Assembly (NCBI GenBank): GCA_963662285.2
Contig: CAXXMV010000001.1
Coordinates: forward strand, 544,001 to 608,000
Direction of reading: 5' to 3'
Length of the DNA: 64,000 nucleotides
DNA from: a bacterium
GTDB lineage: Bacteria; Hinthialibacterota; Hinthialibacteria; Hinthialibacterales; Hinthialibacteraceae
Positions within the stretch are counted from its first letter, which is position 1; each line of letters opens with the position of its first letter. This document shows, in pieces, positions 1 to 10,692 of the stretch. A program made the translations under genes and the position numbers. The notes beneath the pieces were generated by a model. The model saw nothing but the letters and a program-made list of their open reading frames with translations, was not told where the DNA came from and searched no databases.

Positions 1-3000
1 CGCCTAATGGCATTCGTTCGTTTTGGTCTCCACGGCGGGTATTGCGTTCAACTTCTCCAAAGATCAAATATTCGACCTGATATTTACCCAACAGGTTTAA
101 CGCCTCTTTGGGATTCTGGGTGGTATAGATTCGCTCCATATCATTCACCCTGCGGTTTACTATATAAGCAATATGATTCAAGCGTTCGCGTGTATGATGG
201 GGCCAGCCGACGATGGTTGGCAATCCAGTATAAGAACTGAATCGCGCGTGGTTTCCGCCATGACGGTAAGCCGTCTCAACGATGCGCGTACTATCCGGCA
301 AAAATCTATTACACCATTGCACCGCAGAATACGCTCCATAATTTTCATGGCGCAGATATGCATAAGCATCCAGCGTTGGAGTAGGCATGCGGGCGTCATG
401 CGTTCCACCGCTCGCTTTGGTAACCAGCACCGGACCGAGTATGGCGAAGGGCAGAGTTATAAACAGAATCGGGATCAATAAAAACGCGCCTACTACGGTT
501 GCTTGCGTCCTGGCGCTGAAACCGCGCGATATCCATTTTCCGGCATACTTGTTTAGCCGTATTATCTGATCAGGAATCCAAAAGATACTGATAGCCGCCA
601 ATATTGATAGATAGTGCCAGACCTGGATATTGAATTTGAATACGGTGTTCCAACGATGTGATGGAGGCGCCATGCCTTCGTTGATATAAAATATTTCAAT
701 ACCCAGCGACAGGCCTAAACCAAGTACGCCAATCAAGCATGTGAAGACAAATTCCGGGCTGTATTTCCGGCGCCACATCATCAAGAACAGGATCATCAAA
801 AACGGCAGGAACAATCCGATGATGCTGTAATTAAATGGGAAATTAGGATCAGAAGCTGGCGGGAAGCCAAACAGATTCTTGCGCGTAATCATGATGGCCA
901 AGGCCACCGACAACATAAAGCAACTGGCGAACAAAGCCGCCCGAATAACGGTGCGCCGCATTGTGATTCGTCCATCTTTACCCAGAACCGCCAGTAGAAT
1001 CGCGGCGATGCATACTGGTATTAACAAATGACCCAGATAGCCCAGGTAAGTGGGAAGCAAGGTGTTGCCTTCGGTCATGACGCCGACCGAACTCACCCGC
1101 GACACGAAATTGGTGTGGAACGGGATAAACAATAGTACGCTGAATCCCAGGATCATCACAATCTGGGTAATGGGGAAGCGCAGGTAATTATGCCAACATT
1201 TGGGCGATATCCACTCGCTACGCACCATGGGCTGACCGAACATGTCGTATTCACGATAGAACTTGACGGCGGTTATTAGCAGCAGAGCAATGCCCAGGGC
1301 GGGAAGATCCCAGGTATTGGTGCAGATCACCGTACCGAGCAACAACCCCAGGAAGAAGGTTAAACCGAAGGTATTGCCTACACGGTGAGTTTCGCGGGGT
1401 TGGGCGAAATAGTTATAGAGCAAAACCATAAAAGCGAAGGTGAATGGAATCACCAGCTGGTGCGCATGCATATCTTGGAAAAGATGGGTCCAGGCCGGGA
1501 ACTCGTTGGCTACTGTATGTGGAATAATGCGCGACGATTTCCAGAAGATTTCATCATAATGCAACTCGCGGAAACTGGCTTCGATTTCGGGCGTACCTCT
1601 GCCTATATAGTAGAGGATCGCATTCCACATCTTATCGCCTATATCACTAAATCTATTGAGGCATTCCCTGAAACCGACATTGGCCGCCATTTCCGGGTTT
1701 CCATTACGAATCAGATCATACTTAATGAAATTTATATAACTGATAACATGTCCCGCGAAACAACCGAAATACATGGCTATCAACGCAATTATGGCGCTAC
1801 GCGCCAGGGTGTAAGCCAGGGTGAAGATAGCCAGCGCGGATAAAGCCGAAACCGTGGCGCCGCCGATATTAAACAGATACTCCGGCGGCAACCCCGCAAA
1901 ACGTCCTACTATAGATATAGCGGCATGGCCGTAGTAGTAATAATTAATAGAATGCCCTGAAGCCCAGGGGTCTTCTGGCGGGAATGTCTCCGCACGGTAA
2001 ACAGCGTTGATGAAGGCCATGTTCATGTGCTTCTCGCCGCCGATAGCTGCGGGATGATAAGCGCGGGTTCCCATGAATATGGCGAGTACTAGCAGGAAGA
2101 CCAGTTCCAAACCAATCAGCAGTATCCATTTTTGCTTCAAGAACTTGATTATGTCGTCCTTATGACGCCGGGCTATGGCGCCAGCCAGGACTGTCATACC
2201 AGTTAGGATGAAAACGCCTTGCATATAGGAAAGGTTCATTAATCCAGTTGATGCGCTGAACCATGAAATCCAGGCGAATAAGGCGATGCCTACAATCTTG
2301 GATATACCGTATCCCCGGTCAGGCAAAAACGCCGCGATAGGGAACAATAGGAAGAATGCAATCCAGCCCAGCACGAATATAAAGATCAGCCACTGCAATA
2401 CTGGATAATCGGGCGGGGTGGAGAATACCGGATATCCATCCCTGATGTTTAAGATTTCCTGATCAGTAATCCGGTTGACCCAATCAGGTGGATTCTGGAT
2501 AAGGTCGCGCAATTGTTCCTGAGAAAAATCTTGGGTTTTCTCGAAAATAATAACCTTGGGGTGATCGTATACCCGCGCCGTTTCGTCTTCATCATCAACC
2601 CGGAATTCATAACCAAGGAACCGGGGGGGATTAGTGAAAACCTTGGCTACCTTAAAGCCCAACTGTTCGGCGAAGAATGCGCGTAGAAACTTGTTGGTTA
2701 CCGGGAACCTGTCGGGGTTTTGCAGCGTGGTTCCATAACCGCGCTTACTGGGGAAAACGATGTAATCAAACTTATTGAGCATCATCGCCAGATAACGGAT
2801 TCGCTCTGCGGGAGAGCGCAACTCTTGATCCGCGTCGGTGTGGATGCCGATTTCATCTTTGCTTTCTATATGGATATTAATGCCGTTATCCCAGTTGTTT
2901 TTGGTTATTAACGCTCCGTGCTTCATGTGTCCTCGCACCCATTGACCTGCCTCGCCCAGGGTATGAGGACGGTTGTATATGCCGACATAGGATGTTGCGT

Positions 3001-4807
3001 AAATCAAACCGCAGATCAGCGCCGTAGCGCCGCCGACCATGCCAAACGTCTTAAATGCCTTTTTCCATCTTTCGCTCACTCCAGGCATATAGGGCGAATA
3101 GAATTTGGGACGGATGCTTATCAGCGCGGTTATCCAACGGGCGCCTAGAACCATCATCACGGGCAGGATGGCGTCCATATAACGCGGGAATTTACTATGC
3201 ATGCTGCTGTAAATAATGAAACTTGGTATCACCCAGGCGCAAAGCAGCAAATCGGGACGCGAGCCATCCCGGAACAGTTGCGCAAAAGCAAAAATGCAGC
3301 CGCCTATCACTAAGAACGCCGTCACCCAATCCAGCGAGGGGTAGAACAGATTATCCAGCGAATAAATAACTGGCAGGGTATTGCGGTATTGTTGGGTAAA
3401 TACAATGGGGTGTTCGCCAGTAGCGTTATACTGGCTTTGCTCAGCGATGCTCTTGCCAAACTCTTTAGCGTCAAAATAGGCCATTGGTTCGGCGACCATG
3501 AACGCAACTAAACCAACAACGACAGCAATGCTCAGCCATACCCAGGGGCGGTAGATGCGCACCGCCGGCATAAACCAGCCGACCTGTCCGCCATGCCATC
3601 TTTTTCTAAGAATCAATAGATAAAGGCTGCCGAGAAAGAGTAGTATTTCGCCTACGGCGAAGAACCATTTATACGACCAGTAGAAATCCCTGAACGCGGC
3701 GAAGGTCACATCAACTGGTGGATTGTTGGACTTGGCGGCCATGAAGAAATGCGCCAGGAATACTGCTGTGTATAATAACCAGACCGAGTGAATCCAGCGC
3801 CCTACTTTACCCTGACGCTCATCGCCCAGCGTTGCCATAGCATGGGCGATCAACAGTATGCCCGGCAGGGTGATTCCGCTCCACTTGGTTCCCACTGCGA
3901 ATCCAGTGCAGATGGCGCCGAGAATATACCAGTAAAGTCTCGGCTTCTGACTGATTTTAAGGAAGCAATAGACCGCCGCAGTGGTCAGGAAACCCAGGAT
4001 TACGTCAGTAGTGGCGAAATGGCTGGTCTGTACATGCAGCATGGCGGCGGCCAGCATGGCCGCCGCGATAAGTCCGGTGACGCGGTTGTAGGCGTCGCGC
4101 CCGATCAGGTAGGCCAGCAGAACCGTCAAACCGCCTGCATAAGCTGTAACCGCGCGTCCGACTAATAGAATCGGTAATGATCCTTGATTATATTTCGACA
4201 AATCAACCGTCAGATTGGGCAGCACCGCCGCCAGCACCAATCCGGTAAATGGAATAAACAAACAGGGGAAAAAGAACATCAAGCGCTGTTCATCTTTATA
4301 CCAGGGAATAAAGCGCCCATCGATCTCGCGCAGGTCGCGCGACAGGCCTATGTACATGCGTAATCCCAAGATAAGTACAAAGGCCAGCAGTATGCCGCTC
4401 AGCCAATCGGGGAACGCCAGGAAATTCCAACCAGTTTCTGCGTTGAAATGTTGTTTCAGATAAATGTCATATAGAGCATAAACATGCAGGGGGAAGGTGC
4501 CATAATTATAGTTGCGGATTCTAAGACCCGGCGACCGCTCTCCTTTTTGGCTTTCATCAACCGTCAGGTTGCGCTGATAAAGTAATTGGGCCTGCTCTTT
4601 AACCGGGAGTTTTAACTCCTCCTCAGTTAATCCCTGGAAATTCAGGTCGTCATTGGCGCAAGATTGATAATGCCATTCGTCGGGATGTTGGGAACCTATG
4701 CCGTCTTTGAATCCCCAATCCATGCCATAGAAACGTAAATAAAGGGCGAGCGCGAATATCGCCAGCAGCGTAAGTGCAGATAAGATGCGTTTGACAGCTG
4801 AGTTCAT
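1..4807 (-). CDS. DUF2298 (YYY-motif) / GT-C (PMT-like) large multi-pass membrane glycosyltransferase, 3' end beyond window edge
   Basis: Not in the ORF track because no stop lies in the window. ATG at 4807 gives MNSAVKRILSALTLLAIFALALYLRFYGMDWGFKDGIGSQHPDEWHY. Around 2100-1925 it reads GGEKHMNMAFINAVYRAETFPPEDPWASGHSINYYYYGH, the DUF2298/Chlor_Arch_YYY signature. Frame was spot-checked, not read codon by codon. Confidence 0.85.
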   Translation of the reverse strand, partial: MNSAVKRILSALTLLAIFALALYLRFYGMDWGFKDGIGSQHPDEWHYQSCANDDLNFQGLTEEELKLPVKEQAQLLYQRNLTVDESQKGERSPGLRIRNYNYGTFPLHVYALYDIYLKQHFNAETGWNFLAFPDWLSGILLAFVLILGLRMYIGLSRDLREIDGRFIPWYKDEQRLMFFFPCLFIPFTGLVLAAVLPNLTVDLSKYNQGSLPILLVGRAVTAYAGGLTVLLAYLIGRDAYNRVTGLIAAAMLAAAMLHVQTSHFATTDVILGFLTTAAVYCFLKISQKPRLYWYILGAICTGFAVGTKWSGITLPGILLIAHAMATLGDERQGKVGRWIHSVWLLYTAVFLAHFFMAAKSNNPPVDVTFAAFRDFYWSYKWFFAVGEILLFLGSLYLLILRKRWHGGQVGWFMPAVRIYRPWVWLSIAVVVGLVAFMVAEPMAYFDAKEFGKSIAEQSQYNATGEHPIVFTQQYRNTLPVIYSLDNLFYPSLDWVTAFLVIGGCIFAFAQLFRDGSRPDLLLCAWVIPSFIIYSSMHSKFPRYMDAILPVMMVLGARWITALISIRPKFYSPYMPGVSERWKKAFKTFGMVGGATALICGLIYATSYVGIYNRPHTLGEAGQWVRGHMKHGALITKNNWDNGINIHIESKDEIGIHTDADQELRSPAERIRYLAMMLNKFDYIVFPSKRGYGTTLQNPDRFPVTNKFLRAFFAEQLGFKVAKVFTNPPRFLGYEFRVDDEDETARVYDHPKVIIFEKTQDFSQEQLRDLIQNPPDWVNRITDQEILNIRDGYPVFSTPPDYPVLQWLIFIFVLGWIAFFLLFPIAAFLPDRGYGISKIVGIALFAWISWFSASTGLMNLSYMQGVFILTGMTVLAGAIARRHKDDIIKFLKQKWILLIGLELVFLLVLAIFMGTRAYHPAAIGGEKHMNMAFINAVYRAETFPPEDPWASGHSINYYYYGHAAISIVGRFAGLPPEYLFNIGGATVSALSALAIFTLAYTLARSAIIALIAMYFGCFAGHVISYINFIKYDLIRNGNPEMAANVGFRECLNRFSDIGDKMWNAILYYIGRGTPEIEASFRELHYDEIFWKSSRIIPHTVANEFPAWTHLFQDMHAHQLVIPFTFAFMVLLYNYFAQPRETHRVGNTFGLTFFLGLLLGTVICTNTWDLPALGIALLLITAVKFYREYDMFGQPMVRSEWISPKCWHNYLRFPITQIVMILGFSVLLFIPFHTNFVSRVSSVGVMTEGNTLLPTYLGYLGHLLIPVCIAAILLAVLGKDGRITMRRTVIRAALFASCFMLSVALAIMITRKNLFGFPPASDPNFPFNYSIIGLFLPFLMILFLMMWRRKYSPEFVFTCLIGVLGLGLSLGIEIFYINEGMAPPSHRWNTVFKFNIQVWHYLSILAAISIFWIPDQIIRLNKYAGKWISRGFSARTQATVVGAFLLIPILFITLPFAILGPVLVTKASGGTHDARMPTPTLDAYAYLRHENYGAYSAVQWCNRFLPDSTRIVETAYRHGGNHARFSSYTGLPTIVGWPHHTRERLNHIAYIVNRRVNDMERIYTTQNPKEALNLLGKYQVEYLIFGEVERNTRRGDQNERMPLG

Positions 4808-5008
4808 GATTGCATTTATGCTCCATAAATATTGGCTGGTTCCTATAAACCAGCGGATAATTGTTTTGCTTATTAGTTTAACAAAAACAGTACATTATTT
4901 ATACGATATTCAACAATTCATATTCCATCGATAATCTATGATGCGCTTTTTTATATGTAGAATACAAGGATAATATAACATAATAAGGTATAACGTATTT
5001 ATAGTTAT

Positions 5009-5698
5009 ATGAGTTATCCCATTAAAAAAAGGTCTATTCCATTGAAAGCAAACGACATACATCAAATTGTGCCTATCCTACGGCAAGAGGTCAAGAAATG
5101 GAAGACTCCGGCGGTTACCATTGTTGCGGATGATACGAGCAATCCCTTTTACGTGCTGGTCTCCTGTCTGCTTAGTTTAAGAACCAAAGACGAAACCACC
5201 GCCGCAGCGTTCCGCCGTTTGAATGAGAAAGTGCGTAAGCCCCAGGATATTCTGGACATTCCGGTTGATGAAATAGCGCAAATAATCTATCCGGTCGGCT
5301 TCTATAACCAAAAGGCCAAGCAACTTCATGCCATAGCCCACGACTTAATTGAAAAGTTCGACGGAAAAACCCCGGATACCATAGAAGAACTGCTAACCCT
5401 AAAGGGAGTGGGACGCAAAACCGCTAACTTAGTGGTCACCCGCGGCCATAACAAACCCGGCATCTGCGTTGATACTCATGTACACCGCATCTCCAACCGC
5501 TGGGGATACATCAAGACCAAGACCCCGGATCAAAGCGAATTCGCCCTCCGCGAAAAACTCCCCCCCCAGTATTGGATCGAGATCAATGATCTAATGGTAG
5601 CCTTCGGCCAAAACCTATGCGCCCCAATCTCGCCCAAATGCTCGCAATGCAAACTGACCGAGTTTTGCGAGAAAAATGGGGTTGAGAAGCATCGGTAG
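5009..5698 (+). CDS. nth: Endonuclease III (HhH-GPD DNA glycosylase)
   Basis: LKGVGRKTAN HhH motif, VDTHVHRI, C-terminal CAPISPKCSQCKLTEFC 4Fe-4S motif. Confidence 0.93.
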   Translation: MSYPIKKRSIPLKANDIHQIVPILRQEVKKWKTPAVTIVADDTSNPFYVLVSCLLSLRTKDETTAAAFRRLNEKVRKPQDILDIPVDEIAQIIYPVGFYNQKAKQLHAIAHDLIEKFDGKTPDTIEELLTLKGVGRKTANLVVTRGHNKPGICVDTHVHRISNRWGYIKTKTPDQSEFALREKLPPQYWIEINDLMVAFGQNLCAPISPKCSQCKLTEFCEKNGVEKHR

Positions 5699-5725
5699 GG
5701 GGGGGCAATTTATCGTGGGTGGTTT

Positions 5726-5764
5726 TCAAGGGCTGAGCGCAATGCGCTCTTGCCATTGGCGCCC
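5726..5764 (-). repeat. REP-like palindrome, family A variant
   Basis: Reverse complement GGGCGCCAATGGCAAGAGCGCATTGCGCTCAGCCCTTGA matches 50551-50589. Confidence 0.7.
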
Positions 5765-5913
5765 AGTATTGTCCATCTATCTCTGATTAAAAAAACGCTG
5801 GGTAATATAATGTTAAAGTTTCATTTAACACCAATTGAAATTTAGAATATCCGTTGTAAAAGGTGTAATTAGTCCGTTAGTAGTGGGTTATCCGATTCCT
5901 TTAACGTATATTT

Positions 5914-7548
5914 CTATTTACCATTGGTATAACTTAATCCTTTGAGTGATCCTACAATTGGTAGGTGAATATAGGATGCGTGTTCTCCACCCATATAGAT
6001 TGTTTGTTTTGCTTTGACTGCATTCTCAATGCTATCGTTCGGAACACCTGTATTGGGATTTGGTTCAAACCATGGAGACCAACTGCTTGTTATGGATACG
6101 CGAATTTTATGGCCTTTATTAAATACCATACTAGTACTGAGTAAGTCGATCTCAATCCTATACATGTTTCTAGGCTTTGCGAGTTCATGTTTTTCTAAAG
6201 AATTTCTAAAACTGAGACGTTGTATCCCTGTCGAAAGAATCAAACTACGTCCATCTGGATAAACATCGCTTATGGTAACTACAAAATCGGTATCAACAGT
6301 ACTTGTAGATATATACAAAATAGCTTGCATTTCTCCAGTAACTTCAATTGGTTCTTTTAATACGGGTGTACTAAATACAATAACATCATCACGTTTTTCG
6401 TTCTCTCGTTGATCTAGTGGACCGAAAGGCGGTGTTTGACCTCCAGTTGAAGGTACAGGATGATGGGGATCATAGATAAAGTTAACTTTACCGTTGCTTG
6501 GTTTAGAGAATTGTAAAATACTTTGATCATTGATATAGAATGGAACAAGTTTTGATTCTTTAGGAGGCCATGTTGAGGTTGTTTTCCACTCGTTGCCTGG
6601 AGCTTTTCCCCCTGGAAGTTCACCCATTGTATAATATTTTATTGTAGGCTGTTTAGGGTATGGTTTACCTAACAGCCAATGATCTACCAAATTTGCTTGA
6701 TCACTAATTTCTTCAAATGTACAACTATTTGGGAAAGAATAACCACCAGGTTTGTTTTCACCATGTCCCCACGGGCCTATAACTATATGAATATTCTCTT
6801 TTGCTTTAGAGCCTCCTTTTTCCTTAATGGCTCTAAATGTTTCGATTGTTCCTTTCGAACAAAACAAATCATACCAACCCGTTAACATGAAAATCGGCCA
6901 ATTAACTTTATCTGCTCGTTCTAGGATTTGTTGTGTTTTCCAGTAATTATCATAAGTATAATGAGAACGAAGTATCTTCTGTGATTCTTCTTTTAGTTTA
7001 AGGTAGTCAACAAGAAATTCGGAGAACATTTTATGGAACACACCATTTGTATAATATGCACGATAATTGCCATCTGCTGATATTATTAAATGTTGCCCCA
7101 CAATCCCCCTGGGGCCGGTACCTGCTAATAATATTTGCGTTGCTCCGAGAGCAGATCCACCTGTTGTTGCAATTTTCCCATTGCACCATTTTTGAGTAAG
7201 AATCCATTCAACTGTGTCATAACCGTCTTGCAACTCTCCCCAGCCATTTGAAGAAAGAAAACAATAATCTCCCTCTGACTCACCAGTACCACGAACGTCT
7301 TGTATTACAACGGCTATCCCTCTTGATAATGGTGACTCTTGCTCTTCTCGAGTTCCTTTCCCATAAGGGGACATAGATAATCTAACAGGCCAAGGACCAT
7401 CATCCTTATCAGGAAGGTATACTTTTGTCGCTAATTGAATACCATCCCGCATTTCAACCATATAAGTTTTAGTTGTCCATGCTTTTTCAGCGAATACAGA
7501 ACCAATAATGAAAACAGAGATAAGCAATAAATATATTAGTCGGTTCAT
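5914..7548 (-). CDS. CocE/NonD family serine hydrolase (peptidase S15-like), secreted
   Basis: MRDGIQLATKVYLP, QDVRGTGESEG, GGSALG nucleophile, GWYD, IGPWGH; N-terminal signal peptide. Confidence 0.88.
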   Translation of the reverse strand: MNRLIYLLLISVFIIGSVFAEKAWTTKTYMVEMRDGIQLATKVYLPDKDDGPWPVRLSMSPYGKGTREEQESPLSRGIAVVIQDVRGTGESEGDYCFLSSNGWGELQDGYDTVEWILTQKWCNGKIATTGGSALGATQILLAGTGPRGIVGQHLIISADGNYRAYYTNGVFHKMFSEFLVDYLKLKEESQKILRSHYTYDNYWKTQQILERADKVNWPIFMLTGWYDLFCSKGTIETFRAIKEKGGSKAKENIHIVIGPWGHGENKPGGYSFPNSCTFEEISDQANLVDHWLLGKPYPKQPTIKYYTMGELPGGKAPGNEWKTTSTWPPKESKLVPFYINDQSILQFSKPSNGKVNFIYDPHHPVPSTGGQTPPFGPLDQRENEKRDDVIVFSTPVLKEPIEVTGEMQAILYISTSTVDTDFVVTISDVYPDGRSLILSTGIQRLSFRNSLEKHELAKPRNMYRIEIDLLSTSMVFNKGHKIRVSITSSWSPWFEPNPNTGVPNDSIENAVKAKQTIYMGGEHASYIHLPIVGSLKGLSYTNGK

Positions 7549-7675
7549 TGAATATCCTTTGCCTGATCAAATACGGAGAATAAATTGATGAATTAACATA
7601 TCATATTTGGGTGACAATTACAATCCAGGAGGTATACATAAACTCCTGAACATCCAGATTAAGACAAAAACCACC

Positions 7676-9544
7676 TTATTCAGAGGTTATCTGTTCTATA
7701 TCACTATCCGGCAATTGCTTTACGTAATCATATAGTTGTCCAAGCAATTCGCCGCGCGTGGTTCCGGCATCATAATCCATCTTGACGCCGCATCGTTTAA
7801 TCCATTGGTTCGCGGTTTTTGAGTCAACTGTATCATTGAGTTTCGCATCCCATTGGTCATTGCCCAGAAAACCGCGTAAGGCGAAAAACTGGAGCGCTTC
7901 GAAATGCGGGTCGCCGGGATTGGCGTCGCGGAAATAGATCAGCACCGAACCTTGCTTCAACAACTCGTTTTGCAATTTATAAGAATCAACCCTACGCGGC
8001 GCCACGCCGTCTTTAATGCTGATTGCGGCGGCGGTTCCAGCGGCGTGCCCCATTGCCATCCAGCATGGCTCCATACGCAGCGTGCTGAATCCGATATGGG
8101 TGCCGGATACCGGAACCGGGATCATTAATCCTTCAACTTTTTGCGGGATAATTACGCCGTAAGGTACGGTGTAGGGATAGGCTTTATAACTGAAGAAGCC
8201 ATCCAGGTGGACGCGCCCCGGTTCGCGTTTGAGTACTGCATGTGAGTCAAGATTATAGTGGCTGGCGGTGATGCTGTTTTTGTATATAGGCGGACGGGCG
8301 CCTTCACTCACGGGCAGCGCGTCGTGGGCGGTAAACAGATGATCGCCCACGATTCTGCGGCCTTCTCGGATATAAACCTGCCGGGGGAAATTATCGTTAT
8401 CAACATATTCATCTTTGGCCAAGCCCCATTTAATGCAATTGGAGCGGACATCTTCGGGCAAATCTGCATCATGTTGGATAAACCAGACTAAACCTAGGGT
8501 ATAATCCCGCAGACGTTGGGCGTAACGGTCGCGCCAATCCCAACTGGCGGTAGGCCAGGGCCAGTTCTCTTCGGGCAGGTCGGTCGAAATGAAAGCCGCA
8601 TGCTGGTTATTGGCGTCAGTCTTCTGGTTAGGCAGTCCCACCATGTTGGTAATGCGCCAGATGTCGTTGTAATTCCTGCTCTTAGTTATCGCCCCGGCGA
8701 AGCGGCCCAGTTTGACGTCATCAATAAGCGAAATGTACTCATCACGGTTGTAATTTTCCGGTTTTTGCACTTTGACCATATTATCTACGTTGCGGGTGAG
8801 GCATAGACGGTAATTGTAGGATTGCACGGCGTTATCGCCCAATCCTGTCGATCCCGGTCCGGCTGGCATGATCCAGGGTTTATAGAGTTTACCCGCCATT
8901 GGCTCGTTGAATTCTCTCTGGTCTTCGCGTCCCAGACGGTAGGACGCTCCAGCCGCCGCTGCCAGATCGCCTTCGTAGGTGGCGTCCATAAATACCTGGG
9001 CGGCATAGCGTTCAATAGTTTTATCAGTGCGGTTGAGGATTTTTATCTGGCTTAATCTGCCGTCTTTAAGAGTAGTGTTTTCGGGTAATGCGTCGAACTG
9101 CCTCATACGCTTAACTGTAATTTTATCAGGGTGTTCAGCCAGCATCTGTTCAAAAATCAATTCGGCGATGCGAGGCTCAAAATGATACCCCTGACTGCAA
9201 TCTTTGACCTGGATAGAATCCTTGCCGTACGTATCAATGTAATATTGTAATACCCGGTTGACGAATTCCTTAAACAGTCCGCCAGTGGCGCCCCGCGTTG
9301 CGATATCTGTTGCTCCAAGACCGTTGGCAGGCAGACCGCCTATATGCTGGCTGCGTTCCAGAATTACTACGGAGCAATCCAGCCGCGCAGCGGCGATAGC
9401 CGACATGATCCCGCCCGGTGTTCCGCCCACAATGACAATGTCATAACTCTCTATATCTTCCACGGCGTCGACGCCAATGGTTGGGATTAATAGCATCGCC
9501 ATTAGCAAAGATAACATTATTGAATAGTTTATAAGTAATTTCAT
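7676..9544 (-). CDS. FAD-dependent oxidoreductase (FAD_oxidored family)
   Basis: DIVIVGGTPGG Rossmann motif, DATYEGDL, YIREGRR, LRMEPCWMAMGHAAG. Confidence 0.88.
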   Translation of the reverse strand: MKLLINYSIMLSLLMAMLLIPTIGVDAVEDIESYDIVIVGGTPGGIMSAIAAARLDCSVVILERSQHIGGLPANGLGATDIATRGATGGLFKEFVNRVLQYYIDTYGKDSIQVKDCSQGYHFEPRIAELIFEQMLAEHPDKITVKRMRQFDALPENTTLKDGRLSQIKILNRTDKTIERYAAQVFMDATYEGDLAAAAGASYRLGREDQREFNEPMAGKLYKPWIMPAGPGSTGLGDNAVQSYNYRLCLTRNVDNMVKVQKPENYNRDEYISLIDDVKLGRFAGAITKSRNYNDIWRITNMVGLPNQKTDANNQHAAFISTDLPEENWPWPTASWDWRDRYAQRLRDYTLGLVWFIQHDADLPEDVRSNCIKWGLAKDEYVDNDNFPRQVYIREGRRIVGDHLFTAHDALPVSEGARPPIYKNSITASHYNLDSHAVLKREPGRVHLDGFFSYKAYPYTVPYGVIIPQKVEGLMIPVPVSGTHIGFSTLRMEPCWMAMGHAAGTAAAISIKDGVAPRRVDSYKLQNELLKQGSVLIYFRDANPGDPHFEALQFFALRGFLGNDQWDAKLNDTVDSKTANQWIKRCGVKMDYDAGTTRGELLGQLYDYVKQLPDSDIEQITSE

Positions 9545-9814
9545 TATTAAAACCTCTGTTCATAGACTTATTTTCATACAATTTACGCTCTGTTGATGAA
9601 TATGTCTATCTGAAGATGGCGTGAAAAAATTCCTGGTCATCCTGAGAATTATGACCATCCAAATTCAGACAAAGACCACCTCAAAACAATGAATCTCTTC
9701 AGTCGATTTAACATACCCTATATTTTGCGCAAAAATTGCGCGTTGATAGATGCGTTTTTGAGAAATAAATGCGCAATTCAATGTTAAAACCCTTCAAAAT
9801 AAAGGATTTCGGAT

Positions 9815-9829
9815 TGGCACGTTCCGTGC
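9815..9829 (+). promoter_or_regulatory. sigma54 (-24/-12) promoter
   Basis: TGGCACGTTCCGTGC = GG-N10-GC. Palindrome GCGCAAAAATTGCGC at ~9727-9741 is a candidate activator site. An NtrC-type regulator is encoded downstream. Confidence 0.7.
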
Positions 9830-9891
9830 TCTATGTATTACCGGAGATTATTGAAAAAATCTATCTACAATTATTCCCAAGAAGGGTGAAT

Positions 9892-10413
9892 ATGATGAGA
9901 AAATTTACTAAAATTCTTGTTTTTTCTATCGTTGCAGTGGTTATAGCCTCAATTTCACTGGTTTCCGTCGCTCAACAACGTGATAGAGGAATGGGTTTTG
10001 ATCCCGCTCAAATGCGGGACATGATGCTGACGCGTATGCAGGAACAATTAAAAATCGCTGATGCTGACTGGACGGCGATCAAGCCTTTGGTTGAAAAAGT
10101 AATGGAGCATCAACAAAGCAATATGCGTCCACCAATGATGATGATGCGGCCTCCTGGTGGTAATCAGGGACCAGATGGTAATCAGCCTAGACGACCACGA
10201 TTCGGCGGCGAACCAGATCCAGCCGAAACAGCACTCCAAAAGGCCTTGGAATCTGAAAGTACTTCAGTTGATGATATCAAAGCCAAAATGACAGCCCTAC
10301 GAACCGCACGCGCTAAAAAAGCAGCTGATCTGAAAAAAGCCCGTGAAGATTTGCGCAGCGTACTTACCGTACGCCAGGAAGCTCAGATGGTCTTGTCAGG
10401 ATTTTTGGATTAA
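9892..10413 (+). CDS. Secreted helical protein, Spy/CpxP/ZraP-like by composition
   Basis: Signal peptide MMRKFTKILVFSIVAVVIASISLVSVA, Met/Gly/Pro-rich linker, C-terminal LRSVLTVRQEA (LTxxQ-like). The ORF-track start at 9769 overlaps the promoter, so 9892 is preferred. Confidence 0.7.
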   Translation: MMRKFTKILVFSIVAVVIASISLVSVAQQRDRGMGFDPAQMRDMMLTRMQEQLKIADADWTAIKPLVEKVMEHQQSNMRPPMMMMRPPGGNQGPDGNQPRRPRFGGEPDPAETALQKALESESTSVDDIKAKMTALRTARAKKAADLKKAREDLRSVLTVRQEAQMVLSGFLD

Positions 10414-10433
10414 TAATTTATTGAAAAATCATC

Positions 10434-10541
10434 TTGGCGTCCTTTTTTTGACGTCTCTGGTATGTTATCTCCATCCCCGGATAACACACCAACCTCCAAA
10501 AAGGCTCCTCCCCTTATCTGCCCGATATTTGGGGAGGAGTC
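10434..10541 (+). ncRNA. Putative structured RNA element, copy 1 of tandem pair
   Basis: Three hairpins (GGCGTC/GACGTC; GGTATGTTATC/GATAACACACC; GGCTCCTCCCC/GGGGAGGAGTC with loop TTATCTGCCCGATA), repeated at 10693-10800. Confidence 0.45.
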
Positions 10542-10692
10542 AATAAAAAAGATTAAAGCGGATTATTTTAGATAAATAAAGTTGATTACCATAAAATCTG
10601 TAAATCTGCGAATTATTTAAGCATAATTTTTGCAGGATTTAGTATTACAGATTTAATGCAACATAGCTTTGCAACATACTTTATAATCGTTT

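Noticed and set aside
7-4463. Short ORF-track ORFs in the first 4.5 kb
   Set aside because: Antisense or out-of-frame shadows of the large minus-strand DUF2298 gene
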